Numbered from the whole stretch's first letter, positions 12,348 through 26,870 are shown. The stretch: 61,445 nucleotides of DNA, filler included, from Basidiobolus ranarum (GCA_040143965.1; 5 parts of 5 records of this genome joined end to end with filler, not necessarily neighbours in it), one strand, 5' to 3'. Numbers and translations are program-made. Notes: generated from the letters alone by a model not told the origin.

Positions 12348-15300
12348 CTGTTAAAATTACAACCAAAAATTGGCCTAAATTTGATCCAAAAAGTAAGAAA
12401 TGCATATTTCCGGGTAGGATCCAATAGTTGGGCTAAAGTAATGTTATAAAATGTAGGCCGAGGTTGTATAAGTAGAGGCTTTTGCTGTATGTAGCCTTCC
12501 ATAGTGTGAACAAGTATAGGTCACACCTGAAGATAACACGAGAATATAGCGTAGTTAGTGTGTGCGTTGAAGTAAAAGAAAGTGAAGTAAAGTGATACAA
12601 AAAAGGGGGTTAGTACAATCAGAAATAGTTATATAGAATATATTATACAAGAACGAAAGGAGTCAAAGGAAACTTAAAACCTCCGACAATGGCTGAACTA
12701 AAGACGGGTATTCGACAACAGAAAGTTAAAACTACCCGTGATATGCCATTCAAGCAACGCGAGTGGCTCAACCAAGTTATAAAAGTAATAAGTAGTTATC
12801 TCATAAAAAGACCACAGGCATAGGGTCACTGATATTATTGGCTATGAGTGGGATTGCTCTGTAAATGCAACAATGACAGAACCAATAAAAGGCTATTATG
12901 ACAACAAAGTAATCCCGAAATTTGATAGTAGGATGGTTTATTCATCGGTTTGTGGGATGGAATATCATCAGCATTCCAAATTCATTTCCATATCCACAAC
13001 CCAGCTGATTAGAGGAAGGGTATTTTCAGCATCCTTTGGTATACACACGCCCACACGTTGTGCCTACTTGTGTTATATCCAATCCTTAGGGCAAATTTTC
13101 TGAGTGTTGCATGTTGCGTTTGTTTTTCCAATCATTCCTACTTCCATCCGCCATGGCGTCATAGGCTAGGCATATTCATCTGTTGACGAATGAATTCTTC
13201 TTGGATGAGCGTTGATGGCCGACGCAGATCAAATTAGCTGCCTCCACCCATATATAACCATTACATTGCCCTATAGCGAATTTGTCCAAGGCTGAGTTGG
13301 ATGAAGAGTTCTCCTGGTAGTACAGAGAGATTCACGATTCGTTGGCATAGCCAATGGGTAAGCTGGATGCATGTGATTGTATCTGAGGTGTATCTGAATG
13401 TAGCATGAGTCCAAGTTTATGGAGAATTGATTGTTGATTTAAAGAATCGGCCAGTTCAGGATTACTAGAGTAGCTTGATGTACATATCCAGTGTAGCTCA
13501 TTGGTATGTGCATCGTGTTACAAGCTGAAACCTCGCCGAGTTGGTTAATTCACATTCATATGAAGCAAATGAATGAAGAGCTAACTTAAAGGAGAGTTTT
13601 TGAAGGCTTTTGTTTGGGAAGTGTGCTTATGGATTGTCGAGTCGATATAATTACTCGATATCACCAACCGAATCTTGTGTTCATTGCTGGCCGGGAACGT
13701 TGACCACTGTATTTGACATCCTTTCTGAGCATGAACATTTCATCGAAAGGGAAAAGGTGCAATTAGAGTACTGACAATATCAAAGTCTGCGTCTATTTCC
13801 GCAGAAACAGTTTCTCAAATGCAATAATTCCTGATAAAGGCTAGATGTACAAAGTGTCAAGCTCTCCCCCAATTAGTTGTGGATAAAAAACCCAGCGTTT
13901 CGGGTGATAGATGCGGTATGTAGGACGAATGAGCCTCTTCGCCAAGTTTTTACTGCTCGCATCAATTTTGTCAATTGAGTATTAAAGATGAAGGAGGTAT
14001 GCGCCTGATTATTCGAATAACATAAAGGTGTACATTAAATATAATACACATCGTTATTTATTTAGCCATATCGCTGGTGAGGGAAGGGGATTAAGGGCTT
14101 CGATGATATTACCATCCACCAAGATGCTGAAGATTTTGAGCACATTTCTACCTTACTTCTAGAATCATATGAAGCTGCAGATATCCTTTGTAATTTGGCT
14201 GGAAGCCTCTAAAGAGCACCTCTGTGGAGCCCTGAGCTATAGGATATAAGGCTTTACGCTTACAAGGTTAACTCTGATGCATACATATTGTGAGTCGCAA
14301 TGCCAAAAACGCGGGTAGGCTACCGTGAAAGTGTATGTAGATATATCGTTTTCTTTGTAGAGACTCCATGTTCATTCACTAGGGGGTAAATCGATCCTAA
14401 ATAATTTATCAAGGCTAGTTGCTCTCATTTGGCGGTTAATATGCCAATCTACTGGAGACACATTCGTTGTAATGGCTATCCTTAAATTCTTGTTTACTTT
14501 CAGTTACGACTTTTGAGAATTGCGTCAAGAATTTTTGCAACCTGCAATAGGGTAACTCGTTTGACCAAGCAGTTTCTTGTGGATTCTCCAGCAAGAGATT
14601 TATTCATTGAAAATCAATTCAGAACTCATCAACTACACTATAGGTGTGAGTTTCTTCGGATTATCTAACACTCAAACCATCTGATATATCAGTACCAAAA
14701 CCAGACGTTTGTGATTAAAGTTTCGAACTAGATACTCGTTAATTCAGTTCAAGGGGTGATTCAACAAACAGTAGTTGAGGACGTATCATGCCTTAGGATT
14801 TGTGATTCGTAGCACGAGTTCACTTGGAGAAAATGGGAATCAACAACTTAAACCATGCTATATATCTTTAACCAAGTTATATATATACCATACTCGAGTT
14901 ACCACCAAAAATCAAGCTAGCCAATGCTGATTTTGCCAAATTAAACCCTTGCTGGATTGTGATAAGCAGATAGATGATATGCTCCGAAGCTGAGTCAATG
15001 CTTGAGAAACCATCCAATCAGTATACATTCGGCCACGTTTTGAGATACAAGAACAATCCTCCGTCCCAGGTATACCACGTTTTTGAATAGGCATTTCGCG
15101 ACTCCATTGTAGAGAGGCCCATATATACATGCGTCATCAAAACAGATATTTACCCACAAAATAGACCGGATAGTGCAACAACTGGAATACAAGAGAGTCA
15201 ATAACTGGCTAGTGCATGATAGACACGTACGTTTCTGACGGGAATTATATGCAATAATAAGGTTTTCATTCAGGAATACTTTCCAATGCCATAGGCTAAA

Positions 15301-15698
15301 CGCAATAGTATTCACCATTTCAAAGAATTCTTTTTGGTTAGCACACATCTCAGGTATTATTTAGAAGTAGCATGTATCTGCCACCATCAGTATTTGATGT
15401 GGAATAGCCAGGGCTGTTGGAGATAAATGGAGAGACCCAACATATTCTGTCAGTAACTATACACCCTTGAAGGTAGAAGTAATAAGTCGTATCTTGGAAT
15501 TAGCGCAAATGAGCAATACTAAAAGGTGCCTTTACATTTTATTTTGATACCCGATTATAACCTTGCATCAATAAACAAACATCTCGTTTAAAGCAACTGG
15601 AGCTAAAAATAAATCTCTTTCTCTAACTCTACTTCTCTGAGAGAAAATCCATAGATTTGTTTAGTTTTGTAAATTGGTTCCATCGACTCAGAACTTGA

Positions 15699-16505
15699 CT
15701 ATTCAGACACTCGGCTAATCAAGTAGACGCCATTCGGGGTCAATACAGGCTGACTTATTTCCCCAACACGAAGCATAAAAGCAGTGCAATCAAAGGCTTT
15801 AGACATCCTGCCGCGTTTCAAATTCAATACTCCACCGTGTAATGCACTTAAGCAATCGGAGTCCTTCGTTACCGCATCTTCAAATTTTACCTTTTTGCTT
15901 ATGATCATGTCACGAAGGCTCTTCGCCAACTCCTCTGCTTCTTTCTTAGTTCTAACAATATTATCCTGAAGATGTGGCAACAAATGGTTAGATTCAAAGT
16001 TAAAATTCAGATTTCATGGAACACTCCAGTTGGCAAATGATAGGAATCCATTGGAGTGACTATACAGGTCTACCTTTTTCCAGTTAGTTGGGTCCTGAGA
16101 GTCTTTGTGTTTAATGAGAATGTGCTTGATACGTATCTGGTCATTGTCTAGCTCTTCTGTGGGGTAAGTGATTGGTTTAATGAGATTTGGAGACTCTTTT
16201 GAGCTGATGGGGCCTCTTTTGAAGTGATCTATTCTTTGCCCATCTCTCTCTGGGAAGGGTCGCTTTGGTGGCCTAGATGCGTGCTGGAGTGAGGGCCGGG
16301 TAACGTTGTGGCCCGGTCGATCAGATTGATTTGAGATTGATGTAGATAGAGGTGGTTCATGGGAGGGTTTAACTACTTGAGGTGGCTCCCAACGACTTTC
16401 CGATGTCTTCGTATTAAAATAATACACTTTGTTGTGTGTCCGTGAGTGGAGCACTTGCCAGAACTCGGGGAGCTGGGGTGGATTGGAAGCCATCGTCCCT
16501 TTCAT
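15699..16505 (-). CDS. ESS1: Divergent Ess1/Pin1-family parvulin PPIase with WW domain, ~232 aa (exons 16505-16074, 15965-15699)
   Basis: WW domain LPEFW...SR..KVYYFN...SRWEPP. Parvulin domain HILIKH...RTKKEAEE...SDC.SA.HGG.L...RGRMSKAF...AF.LRVGEIS.PV.T..G. Phase-0 GT-AG intron at 16073-15966. Confidence 0.85.
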
Positions 16506-17577
16506 TTTACTGTGTATGTCCAGATGAAAAGTCGAACTATAGAAACGGTGACTTACAATGTGGCGTTGAAGTGCTTACAGAACTAGAAAACTAGAAAATG
16601 CAACCATAAACTCCAAGGAGAGTCTTATATCATGCAAATATGAATGGTGTAAGCAGATTCACTTTGTGAATCAAATCAACATCAACCGACAGCATTGGTG
16701 TAATCCTGTCATTCTAAAGGCTTATATCTTCGTCAGTCTCTTCTGACAACATAAAGGAAGTTCCGGAGATATTCTGTGGATCATCGAGTCCATCAGTGCC
16801 GAGTGGGTGGGAGTGGTGATTCCATTATAATGACAACAGGACCATCGGAGAATTGTGAAACGAAGGATACTCCTCTGCGCATGATTCGCTGTTTGATTGA
16901 ATCATGTTGTGGAGAGTAAATTGTACCAAGGTTGGAGAGGCAATCAGAAAACCACACTGACCTCCAATCATGGTCAGCACAGCAGTTTGCCTATGACGAG
17001 TTGATGAATATAGACAGAGGTTCCAAAGCCCAAGCAGCAATTTGACTGACACATTTCTTCTCATGATCTGAAGAGTTAGAGAAATATCTCTACCAAGACA
17101 AGCTTCCACTTCTCCACTGCATAGCTCAAACTTTTTTCATGGGCGGCACGACTTCAGAGGGCGGTGTATAACCTAAGGATTTCTTGTGCCGAGCTCGGAA
17201 AGGATTCGCCGCATGGAGTTTAGCGCGGCTCCTGAGATATACACCTGGGAGGAATATGTGCCAGGGATTGCACGGTTCATTTTCAGTAGGTTGTCAAGAT
17301 AGTGCTATCGAATAGTCACAATGGGATTCTATATATCGCACTATGCCTCTCAGAATGGCCACGATAAAACTAGCTTTGTTGCTCGACAATATCGTCGGTC
17401 ACGCAGAAGTCTCATCCCTAAAATCATTGATGCATACCTGATTGGAACAAAAAAGATCAATTAGCTACAAAATAATTTTCACAATTTTATTTTCACTCTA
17501 ACCCACATGTATTCACGCTTAACAAACTTTCCATGAGATAATTCTCGGTATACATTCATACTTTCGCTAGTTGTAAG

Positions 17578-18147
17578 ATGTCTCATCTCCCCGACCACTA
17601 CGCTACCCTTGGCATATCCGAGCTTGCCACTCAAGAGGAAATAAAAAAGCAATACCAACGCTTAATATTGAAGGTGGATTTTGACTTACATTCATTAGTT
17701 TGCAGGCTTCGGATGACATTAACCCCTATGTAGCATCACCCAGATAAAAATCAACAAGAAAAGACCGGCTTTGGAGATGGGGAGGAATTCCGGAAAATAT
17801 CTGAAGCTTGGACTGTTCTTAAGGATTCCAATAACAGAGCGAACTACGATGTTAATCTTAAAGGTACAAATTGACATCTTACTGTAGAACTTTTAGTGGC
17901 AAGTTTTTTAATCAGGTTACTCTCATTAGCCTTGAAGTTGAAACAGCTAGGATTAGTCAATGGAGAAATAGACTTGGATGAGATGGAGTTTGAAGAAGAA
18001 ACTGAAACATATTTTTCACCTTGTCGGTGTAGTGGAAACTATACCATATCCGTAGAGGATCTAGAACGGGGCGCAGATCTTGCTGCCTGTGAACAATGTT
18101 CTTTGCAAATCCGTGTATTGTATGAAGTTTTAGAGGATGAGGAATGA
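17578..18147 (+). CDS. DPH4: Diphthamide biosynthesis protein 4 (J-domain + CSL zinc finger); exons 17578-17673, 17734-17863, 17930-18147
   Basis: J-domain DHYATLG...HHPDK...ISEAW.VL followed by IDLDEM...PCRCSG...CEQCSL.I.V.Y. Canonical GT-AG introns keep the frame. Confidence 0.92.
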
Positions 18148-19377
18148 GATATCACTTTAGAAACGTTCCATTAGTTGTTGAACTTAGCATAGATGTATAT
18201 CAGCAATCTCACCAACCCATAACAGACGACAACCCTAATATCTTCTAAATATCCAAGTAACTTTTGGCTGATATAGAGTGGAATGTGCTAGCATTCAGCC
18301 TCAAATGTGAAGCAGAACCAAAACTGTCACCATGAGTGTCAAAGAAATCATTGCCAAATAAATATACTGAACCTTTGTCTCTGGATACCAAGGACATTTG
18401 CAGATGGTACGTGATAGCCTATCAACCGAGTATGCTCAGTCGCTAGTTTGAGAATAGGCCGTCTATTCTAAACGCAATAAAGCCAGCATCTTTTCCAATA
18501 AAGGCGCTAAAGTATATTACGTTTAGGTACTAGTTTAGATTACTGCCTGTATTTGACAATTCAGTCCTACAAGCGTATCAAAAACGACAAAAAACATCAC
18601 CGAGAGTCAAAATCATTTCACAAGCGCCAGTTGCGATCCTGGCTTCTTAAAAGCTTACAAAGGTCCGTGAAAAGATATCCTCAGTATTCATTTAACCTTT
18701 TGGATTTATTCATTCAAGTAAATTTACAAACAATATGAAATAATGAAAGTCAATATCACATTTGGCCTAAATCTCGCTCAAACAAGAATACAGCATGAAT
18801 AGTAGCCACTTCTTTAGTACATCTAATGCCAAGCTTGTTCAAATCATCAATAGGAACAAAAGTCTTGACACGGTTTGAACAACAAAACAAAAGTTGAACC
18901 ATTTCAACCTTTAAACTTGATAAAACATTATCATGTATTTGATCTCCTAATCGTTAGAAGGCGCCGGAGACGGACGACAAGAATCCGTTGAATTTCTCTT
19001 GCTGTTTGCTATGTCTTCGTAGAGATATTAATGTATAACATAATTATCATTTATACATACGAAGGTTACTGGCAGCTGTATCACACCATAACCTTTGAGT
19101 CAACCATAAAAACATGTTGGTTTTATGTAAATAGTGCCTATAGGGATGAACTAAGTAATTTTCACCATCTGAAAAATAGGGAGAAATATCCCTAAATATA
19201 CGTGATTCCGGTAATTAGCCGTTTGTACATCCGCTACGATTCATTTCCTTTCTCATTATCATTGAGTATTACACTTTTACTGGGACAAATTTATATAGAT
19301 TTTGTCTACTCCACTGAACTGCAATAACTAAGCCTCACTTCTAAGCAGCATATATACTCGTCAAAGTTGACTAAAAT

Positions 19378-20835
19378 ATGACAACAAAGCCGCCAACTCC
19401 AGAATATATATTTCGCGGCCACAATGGTGAGGTAAATTCTCTTACCTTGGCAAAAAACGATCAATATCTTTTGAGCAGGTTTCCCAAAGACCCTTAATCG
19501 CTTCACCGTCTGATTTCAAACTAATAGAAACTCATTTGATGTCTTTACTCTAGCGATCAAAATGGGATTATTTTTGTTTGGGACATGAAAGATAAACGTT
19601 CAATATTTAAGTGGCAAGCACACAGTGGCGCTATTTTATATATCTGGGCTACTGACGATATCATTATCAGGTGAAATCAAAACTTTTAGTATACTCTTGC
19701 AATTTGTCTTTCTGTGGAGCTGACCGAATACGCGAATTTATCTAGTCAAGGCCGTGAGGGCCTTTTGAAAATATGGGATTTTACATTGATGTTGCAAGGG
19801 GAGAGTACTGACCCCAAGTTCCAACATCTGGTTGAATCGTTACATTTTTGCAAGTTTAGCTCTGTTTCCTTCCGTAAGTCTTCACAATTCAGCCTATTAC
19901 AATATGAGCAAGATTTTACCGTAGATTTTAATTGCGTAGGGTCGAAAGTGATGATTGCCTATCCTAAAGACCGTGATACGGTTAGTCTCCAAGTACAATT
20001 CACATTCTATCAAGGTTGGAGAAACTGACAAGTAAACTACAGGTTGTAATAAGTGAAGCCCTATCTGGGTTACCTTTATATACCGTCAAATGCGATGAGT
20101 TGGGAATTGGTGCTTGTATGTCTCTCAAGTTGTTTGTATCCAAGGAACAATTGATGTTATTATGCGGTTATGAAAGTGGAAAGACTTCATTATGGGCCAT
20201 TAATGACTCAAAAGCGAATATGATTTGGCTTGCAAACAATCATGTTGAACCAGGTAAGTAACTTGCTATTGCTTGTGCTACCTTCGATTGTATCTCATGG
20301 CTGTTACCTAGTGCTATCAATGGATGTAAATGATGAGGCTACCGCTGGCATCTCTGCTGGTGCCGATAACAATCTGGTGCTCTTTGATGTGAATCAGGTA
20401 TGCAAATTTTATGTATAAATCTCGGACGCCAACATTACTCAAAGCTGTTTACATCAGAATGATCACAGGGTTATTCGCTCTACACAAATCAAACATCATG
20501 GCGTCTCCGATGTTAAGTTCCGCTCAGATAGCCGGATAATTGCAACTGCTGGCTGGGACTCGAAGTAAGCTATGCAATGATAGTCAATCATGCTCTGTAG
20601 AAGCTGACATTAATTTCTTCACCCTTACAGAATCCGGGTCTTCTCAGTCAAAACTCTAAAGCCACTTGCCATTCTTAATTTTCATCGCGCAAGTATCTAT
20701 ACAATAGGATTTACTCAAGTTGATGATAACCAAGCATCTGAACGAGATGAGTCTGGTTTAATCATTGATAAGCCAAAGAACTATCTTGCTGCTGGCTCCA
20801 AAGATGGACGTATTTCGTTATGGCAAATATATTGA
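19378..20835 (+). CDS. ASA1: ASTRA-associated WD40 protein Asa1/GNB1L-like, ~9 exons
   Basis: N-terminus PPTPEYIFRGH..EVNSL, then [41 protein letters not shown], and C-terminus LAAGSKDGRISLWQIY*. Confidence 0.88.
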
Positions 20836-21084
20836 AGTTTCTTAGATTCATCACTTTTGATAATATACAATAATAATACAAATATATATGGAAGATTCTT
20901 CATTCCATAAACAAATATCAAGATTGTGTAAAATTGAGAAATTTAGTGACCATAATATTCTTTCTAATTGACCGATTTCATGAATTTGATGATTATCTAA
21001 TTGCTAGTTCTTGCTTCTGAAATTTTGCATTTCTATGTAAAGCCTCGTTCTTCTTAATTTTACATATCATCTGCTTTGAACATA

Positions 21085-21961
<877 letters not shown>

Positions 21962-22561
21962 AATACATAATCTATAGACGGCTGTAGTCAATAAATACTA
22001 ATTTAAGATTGTAACGAAACTCTCCTCTGAGGCGGCTACTTTCGAAACACAACTTCTCCCATATCCAACCAAAAGTATGACCAAGAGACCAGTAGCTAAC
22101 TAGAATTAGCAAAATAAACCATTAGTTAGTATACCAAACATTCACTTCTCATACCAACTCATACGTAATTCAATATAAACCGGATCTCCACAAATTGATT
22201 CTTGCGCATATTTTTGACGTAACTTTCATTAAGCTCTTATGTCATTTATGTTTGGTCACGCGTTGGTCGCAAATTAAATTAATTCCATCCACGTAATTTA
22301 TAAGTATACCGCATTGTAGACTGGAATTATTTACCGTCCAATTCTGCAAATAATCATTCCGATTTTACATAACACAATAAACAACAAACAAACCTTCATT
22401 GACACAGGAAGTGACTCTGCGACGTCTCGGACCTTTACTATTATTCTTCCTCCTCCCCTATTTTTCTTTCCCCTAAAATATACCTTTTATTTCCAAACTT
22501 TATTTTCCAAACTCGACTTGTTATTACTTTATTGCCTCCATTACCCATTCTTTATACTCGA

Positions 22562-23647
22562 ATGTTGCAAGAACCAATGAACCGAGAACCTTTTTCAAAA
22601 TCTCCGCAATCCCCGTATCCCCGCCCCTTACCGAAAACTCCTTTTCAAACGCTTAGGGAAGGGAAAAATCAACCAAGTCCTCCTAGAAAGACTCCCAATC
22701 AACATGACAATACAACCGGCTCTTTAACAGAAGCCTCCACCTTATCACCTTCGAATGTGACTAGTTCAAAACCGGACCTTACGATCCCAATGCGTACATT
22801 GGATTCCCCACAGGTTTCTTTATCTGGTGAATCTCCTAGCCAATACCTTCGCTATGCCCAAAACGAAAGTACTGAACCTGGTTCTACACCACTTCTCTCG
22901 CCTAAAAGAGCGCACTTTGGGTCTCTTGAAGTGAAATCCCCTTCCCAAAGCAAGTTATTCAGTCGACTAAGCCCTAAACCGCCACTTAGTACGGAGCCAC
23001 TATCTCCCAATTTGACTTCAGATGAGGGTTCGCCTATTACTTCTCCAAACACCTCACCTGGAGCACTAAATCCAAATGGTAGGACTGCTATTAAGCCATT
23101 GGGATTGAATGGTGGACGCCGCTTGTCCAAGCCCTTACCTACACCGCGCTCCTTCTCAAGCAACATTGATCCTAAAGTGGCCGAGCTGAAAAGACAACAA
23201 ATCCAAATCACTGATTTGCAACATCAATTGGATGTAGAGAAAGAGATCAATGAAGAGAATCAAGAGCGATTAATTCGTGCAGAACAGCGGAGTGAATCTC
23301 TTCAATTACAGATGCTACAACAAAAGGAGGAATATTTGCAGCGTATACATGAGATGTCCAAAAAAATTGAAGCTGCTGAACAACTGGTCAATTCATTGAA
23401 AGAAGAGAATAACCAATTGAAAGAACACCATATACAAGAAACAGAGCAGAATTCTCAAAATGTACGAGAACAGACGCAATATGCTCGCCTAGAGCTGATA
23501 CGTGCCGCTTCTATGGCAGATGAAGGAATCCGCATGCTGTTAAATGGCGTCCAAGGGGCCAATAACGTAGCGCAACTCCTCAATAGCTTTGGAAAGGTTC
23601 ATGTTTCATCAGACGAGAAGTCTAACCCGTCAAAGAATCAAAGCTAA
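22562..23647 (+). CDS. Hypothetical protein: Pro/Ser-rich disordered N-terminus with many SP/TP sites, C-terminal coiled coil
   Basis: Uninterrupted ~361-codon ORF from ATG 22562, with a heptad-rich E/Q/K C-terminal half and a pyrimidine-rich leader. Confidence 0.75.
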   Translation: MLQEPMNREPFSKSPQSPYPRPLPKTPFQTLREGKNQPSPPRKTPNQHDNTTGSLTEASTLSPSNVTSSKPDLTIPMRTLDSPQVSLSGESPSQYLRYAQNESTEPGSTPLLSPKRAHFGSLEVKSPSQSKLFSRLSPKPPLSTEPLSPNLTSDEGSPITSPNTSPGALNPNGRTAIKPLGLNGGRRLSKPLPTPRSFSSNIDPKVAELKRQQIQITDLQHQLDVEKEINEENQERLIRAEQRSESLQLQMLQQKEEYLQRIHEMSKKIEAAEQLVNSLKEENNQLKEHHIQETEQNSQNVREQTQYARLELIRAASMADEGIRMLLNGVQGANNVAQLLNSFGKVHVSSDEKSNPSKNQS

Positions 23648-24464
23648 AGTCCGATTTTGTCTATTGAACCCATTTGATTTATAATCTGTGCTACTTCAAC
23701 ATTGCCCAAAGCAAAGCATTCCCATATCCTTCGAGATGTTTATACTCTGTTGCCATCATCATTTGACGTTTCTACTTGTGAATACATTAGGCCATTCTTT
23801 ATAGTAAATTTTGATCTTTGCGATCCATCGATAAACGATGCGAACCATAGTCCATCGTCATTTTTCATTTCCGACAATATACGATATGGCGCTACATTTT
23901 AATTAACAATAAAGAGGCTGGTGCTTTAGTTCCAAACAATAAGGCGTGACCAATATGATAACCACAGTTATAGACATACGATATCTGCTGGTTTGACCAT
24001 AAATGGTTGACTGAAGCATGCAGCATCAGTAAGCGCCAGATAGTCCTTTGTCGTAGCATCAAATTATGATTGTACATACGCTTCTCATATTTTAAGCTTG
24101 CGTGGGTTTGATGGTTGCTCTACCATGCTTCGGGTTAAGTGCACCAACCGATTCTGCTGTTGGAACAATGCCGAGAGACTCAATGTCCAATCCGAATGTG
24201 TAGGTACCGATCATCCAGAACGTCGGGCTAATGTAATATAAGCGCACATTGTACAGTGGAGTATTTTTCCCAGTATCCAAAGCTCCAATGATAGGTTATG
24301 TTTACCAGGAGAGGGCTGATGATACCACCCAGGGATTACAATTTGACGTGCCACCAAGTGTGATTCTTACCACCACTTCAAATCAGAATTGGTGCGATTG
24401 CAGTATTAGAGGAGAATGAGCAGTAACAAACAGGTCATTATGGGCTGCACATAACTTACCATCA

Positions 24465-24565
24465 CACGATATCCTCACGATGGATTTTTAAGTTGTGTTT
24501 TGCTGCTACTACTAGTGTGGTTCTGATGGAATTAAACTTTGCTACAGGAGCAAAAGTTTCATTGT
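24465..24565 (-). mobile_element. Ty1/copia reverse transcriptase fragment, truncated by the contig end
   Basis: Translates NETFAPVAKFNSIRTTLVVAAKHNLKIHREDIV, matching the copia RVT_2 signature ETFAPVAK..SIR.LLA.AA...L.IHQMDV. Confidence 0.85.
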
Positions 24566-24665
24566 NNNNNNNNNNNNNNNNNNNNNNNNNNNNNNNNNNN
24601 NNNNNNNNNTTAATTAATTAANNNNNNNNNNNNNNNNNNNNNNNNNNNNNNNNNNNNNNNNNNNN
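24566..24665. other. Assembly gap / contig linker
   Basis: N run with central TTAATTAATTAA. Confidence 0.98.
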
Positions 24666-26245
24666 CAGCCTGCTTCAGTTCTCTACTCCTGTTCAGATAC
24701 AATTCTTTATTGTTGCTCTCCTACAACTTGCCAATAAGGAGCCGATGAAACCTGTGTTATCTTCTGATAGTGTTGGAAAAAGTAAAGTTCAAGTTTTCTT
24801 TATTGCTCTAGTAATTACGTGAATTGTTTAACTCACCTTTAATTTCACTCTTTATTAATAACAGTTGAAGAGACTTTGAAAAAGTTGACTTTGGCGAATG
24901 ATCATGATAAACCTTCGTTCAATAGAGCGCAGTTGAACGCCCATAATATTCCCATTGGCTCTGGAGCCACTGGTCGCTCTTCCAGGAGGTTATATGATCG
25001 TTACTCAATGCCTGCTGGTATTCCTGAAGAAGCTGCCGCATTCTTTAAATCTCTAGGTCAACAGGAAGATCATCCAACTGGAAGTAGTGCTCTCCTTGAT
25101 AATCCTGAAGTTCAACCTCAATCCCAACGTTCTAGTATTTCTGGCTTCTTACCCACTAGACCTGTCTCTCATCATGAAGGAGATTCCAATTCCATCTTTG
25201 CATCTAATGCATCATTTGGAAACCTGGGATTATCCAATAACTCATCTCGCGTTGTTGGTGGCAGATCCAGTCAAAGACCTAGATCATTCTGTGGCATTGA
25301 TGCGCTTGGAAGTTCCTGGTCAATGAACGAGCCTTCTAATGAACGTCCAGGATCTGCGATGAGCGAATACGGTCCTTTGAATGTTTCTAATTGGGGAACA
25401 TCCATCTCTTCCTCCGCTTCGAATTTCGGCGAACGTGGTAGAACCATTGAAAGGCCAAAATCGGCAGCAGATATTGACGCTAATGGTTTGGGCCTATTTC
25501 ATTGGAGGCTAGCAAATCCCGAACAAGATAGTTATGATAACGAATTCAAGAGGGGAATGCGCAACAGCACTAACAGCAGTGGTCTGACAATCAATGTTCC
25601 TGACGGCTATCCGTTATCTGGAGTTGCCCGTGCTCCAGGTTCAGCTATTGGAAGACCAACCTACGAGAATGATCTGAGAAGCCCTCTTTATTCTGATGCC
25701 GGCTTACAGTCTCCAATCCAATCACCAATGTTCCCACCTAATCATAACTCTCGCCCTGCTTCAAGACCTACTTCTCCTGCACCACCTGGGCTATTCCCTA
25801 CTTCTTGGGGACCTGATGGAATGAAACGCTACATGCCTCAAGGTGTTCACAATAAACAGTTTGCCAGTATGACTGGTGGGTTTACTGAAGCGGACTATCG
25901 TAATGATATCTATGGCCATACCCGTCTTGTGAATAATCAGCGCAATGTCCTAAAGAAAGAAAACAAAACCCAAGAGGTGGTTGATTTGGAGTTATTAAAT
26001 GGTTTGTTTTTTTCTAATACACTTGACTAGATTTCATACTGACATCTACTTTTATTGAAGATATTCCAGCTTGGCTTCGAAGCCTTCGCTTACACAAATA
26101 CACTCCGCTTTTTGAGGGAATGAAATGGCAGGATATCATTCAACTGAGTGATGAACAACTTACTCAGAAGGGGGTTGCAGCCCTAGGAGCGCGCAGGAAG
26201 ATGCTCAAGGTTTTCGAGGCAATCAAAGAAGAGACTGGTCTCTAG
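24666..26245 (+). CDS. VTS1: Vts1/Smaug-family SAM-domain RNA-binding protein, 5'-partial (exons ..24781, 24865-26001, 26061-26245)
   Basis: [16 protein letters not shown]-terminal motif and RPKSAAD motif. C-terminal SAM domain [23 protein letters not shown]...[16 protein letters not shown]. Confidence 0.92.
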
Positions 26246-26870
26246 TTAGATTTTGGTGCATTGGATGATATTTACCGCGCAGTTTTCTTATTCCATTTTT
26301 TCTTCTCATCTCTATAACCGTTGAATCTCCTAGCTGTTAGGAGCAACCGCAAAAAAACCCGTCACAAAAGCTGCTGTAGCAAGAGCCAATGCTGAGCATT
26401 AATTTTATCCCTTCAATACTCTACCTTCTATTATTGCTTTTATTTTTCTTGGTATTTTTTTTTGTATCGTAGACTTCCAGAAGAAAAAGGACAAGAAGGA
26501 GCCCCAAGATTATTCGCAATATGATTGTACAACTGTCGCTTCATTTTCACGATGGCTTAAGCAATTGTCAATAAAAAGCCAATACTTTGATAGTGGCCAA
26601 CTTGTATCATTTGTCATTTGCTTATCTCATTAAAACATTCATCGGGTGTACAGTAATAAAATATTAGCATATACTCAGCTGATAAGCATCGATGCTTCGT
26701 CATGTGTGCGTAATATAACTTTAGCTAGTGAGGGATCTATTCAAGGTACCATATATAACTTAAATTGCATGTAATGTTTAATTCCAGTAGTAATCACCAA
26801 AACTAGTTACAGGCTATTCTCGAGATTTTCCTTTTGCTGTTACTGTACTTCAAAAGTGACTTTGACAGCA

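Noticed and set aside
17140..17260. GC-richer stretch considered as tRNA or ncRNA
   Set aside because: No GTTCRA T-loop, cloverleaf or other recognisable RNA motif.
22852..23211. 119-aa minus-strand ORF (likewise 11169-11399, 11631-11894, 28384-28599, 51354-51566)
   Set aside because: Antisense or alternate-frame shadows of better-supported genes.
23700..24400. Possible GMC-oxidoreductase pseudogene on the minus strand (TLGGTSNCN)
   Set aside because: Only one short motif resembles the family, and the other frames are too degenerate to support a call.
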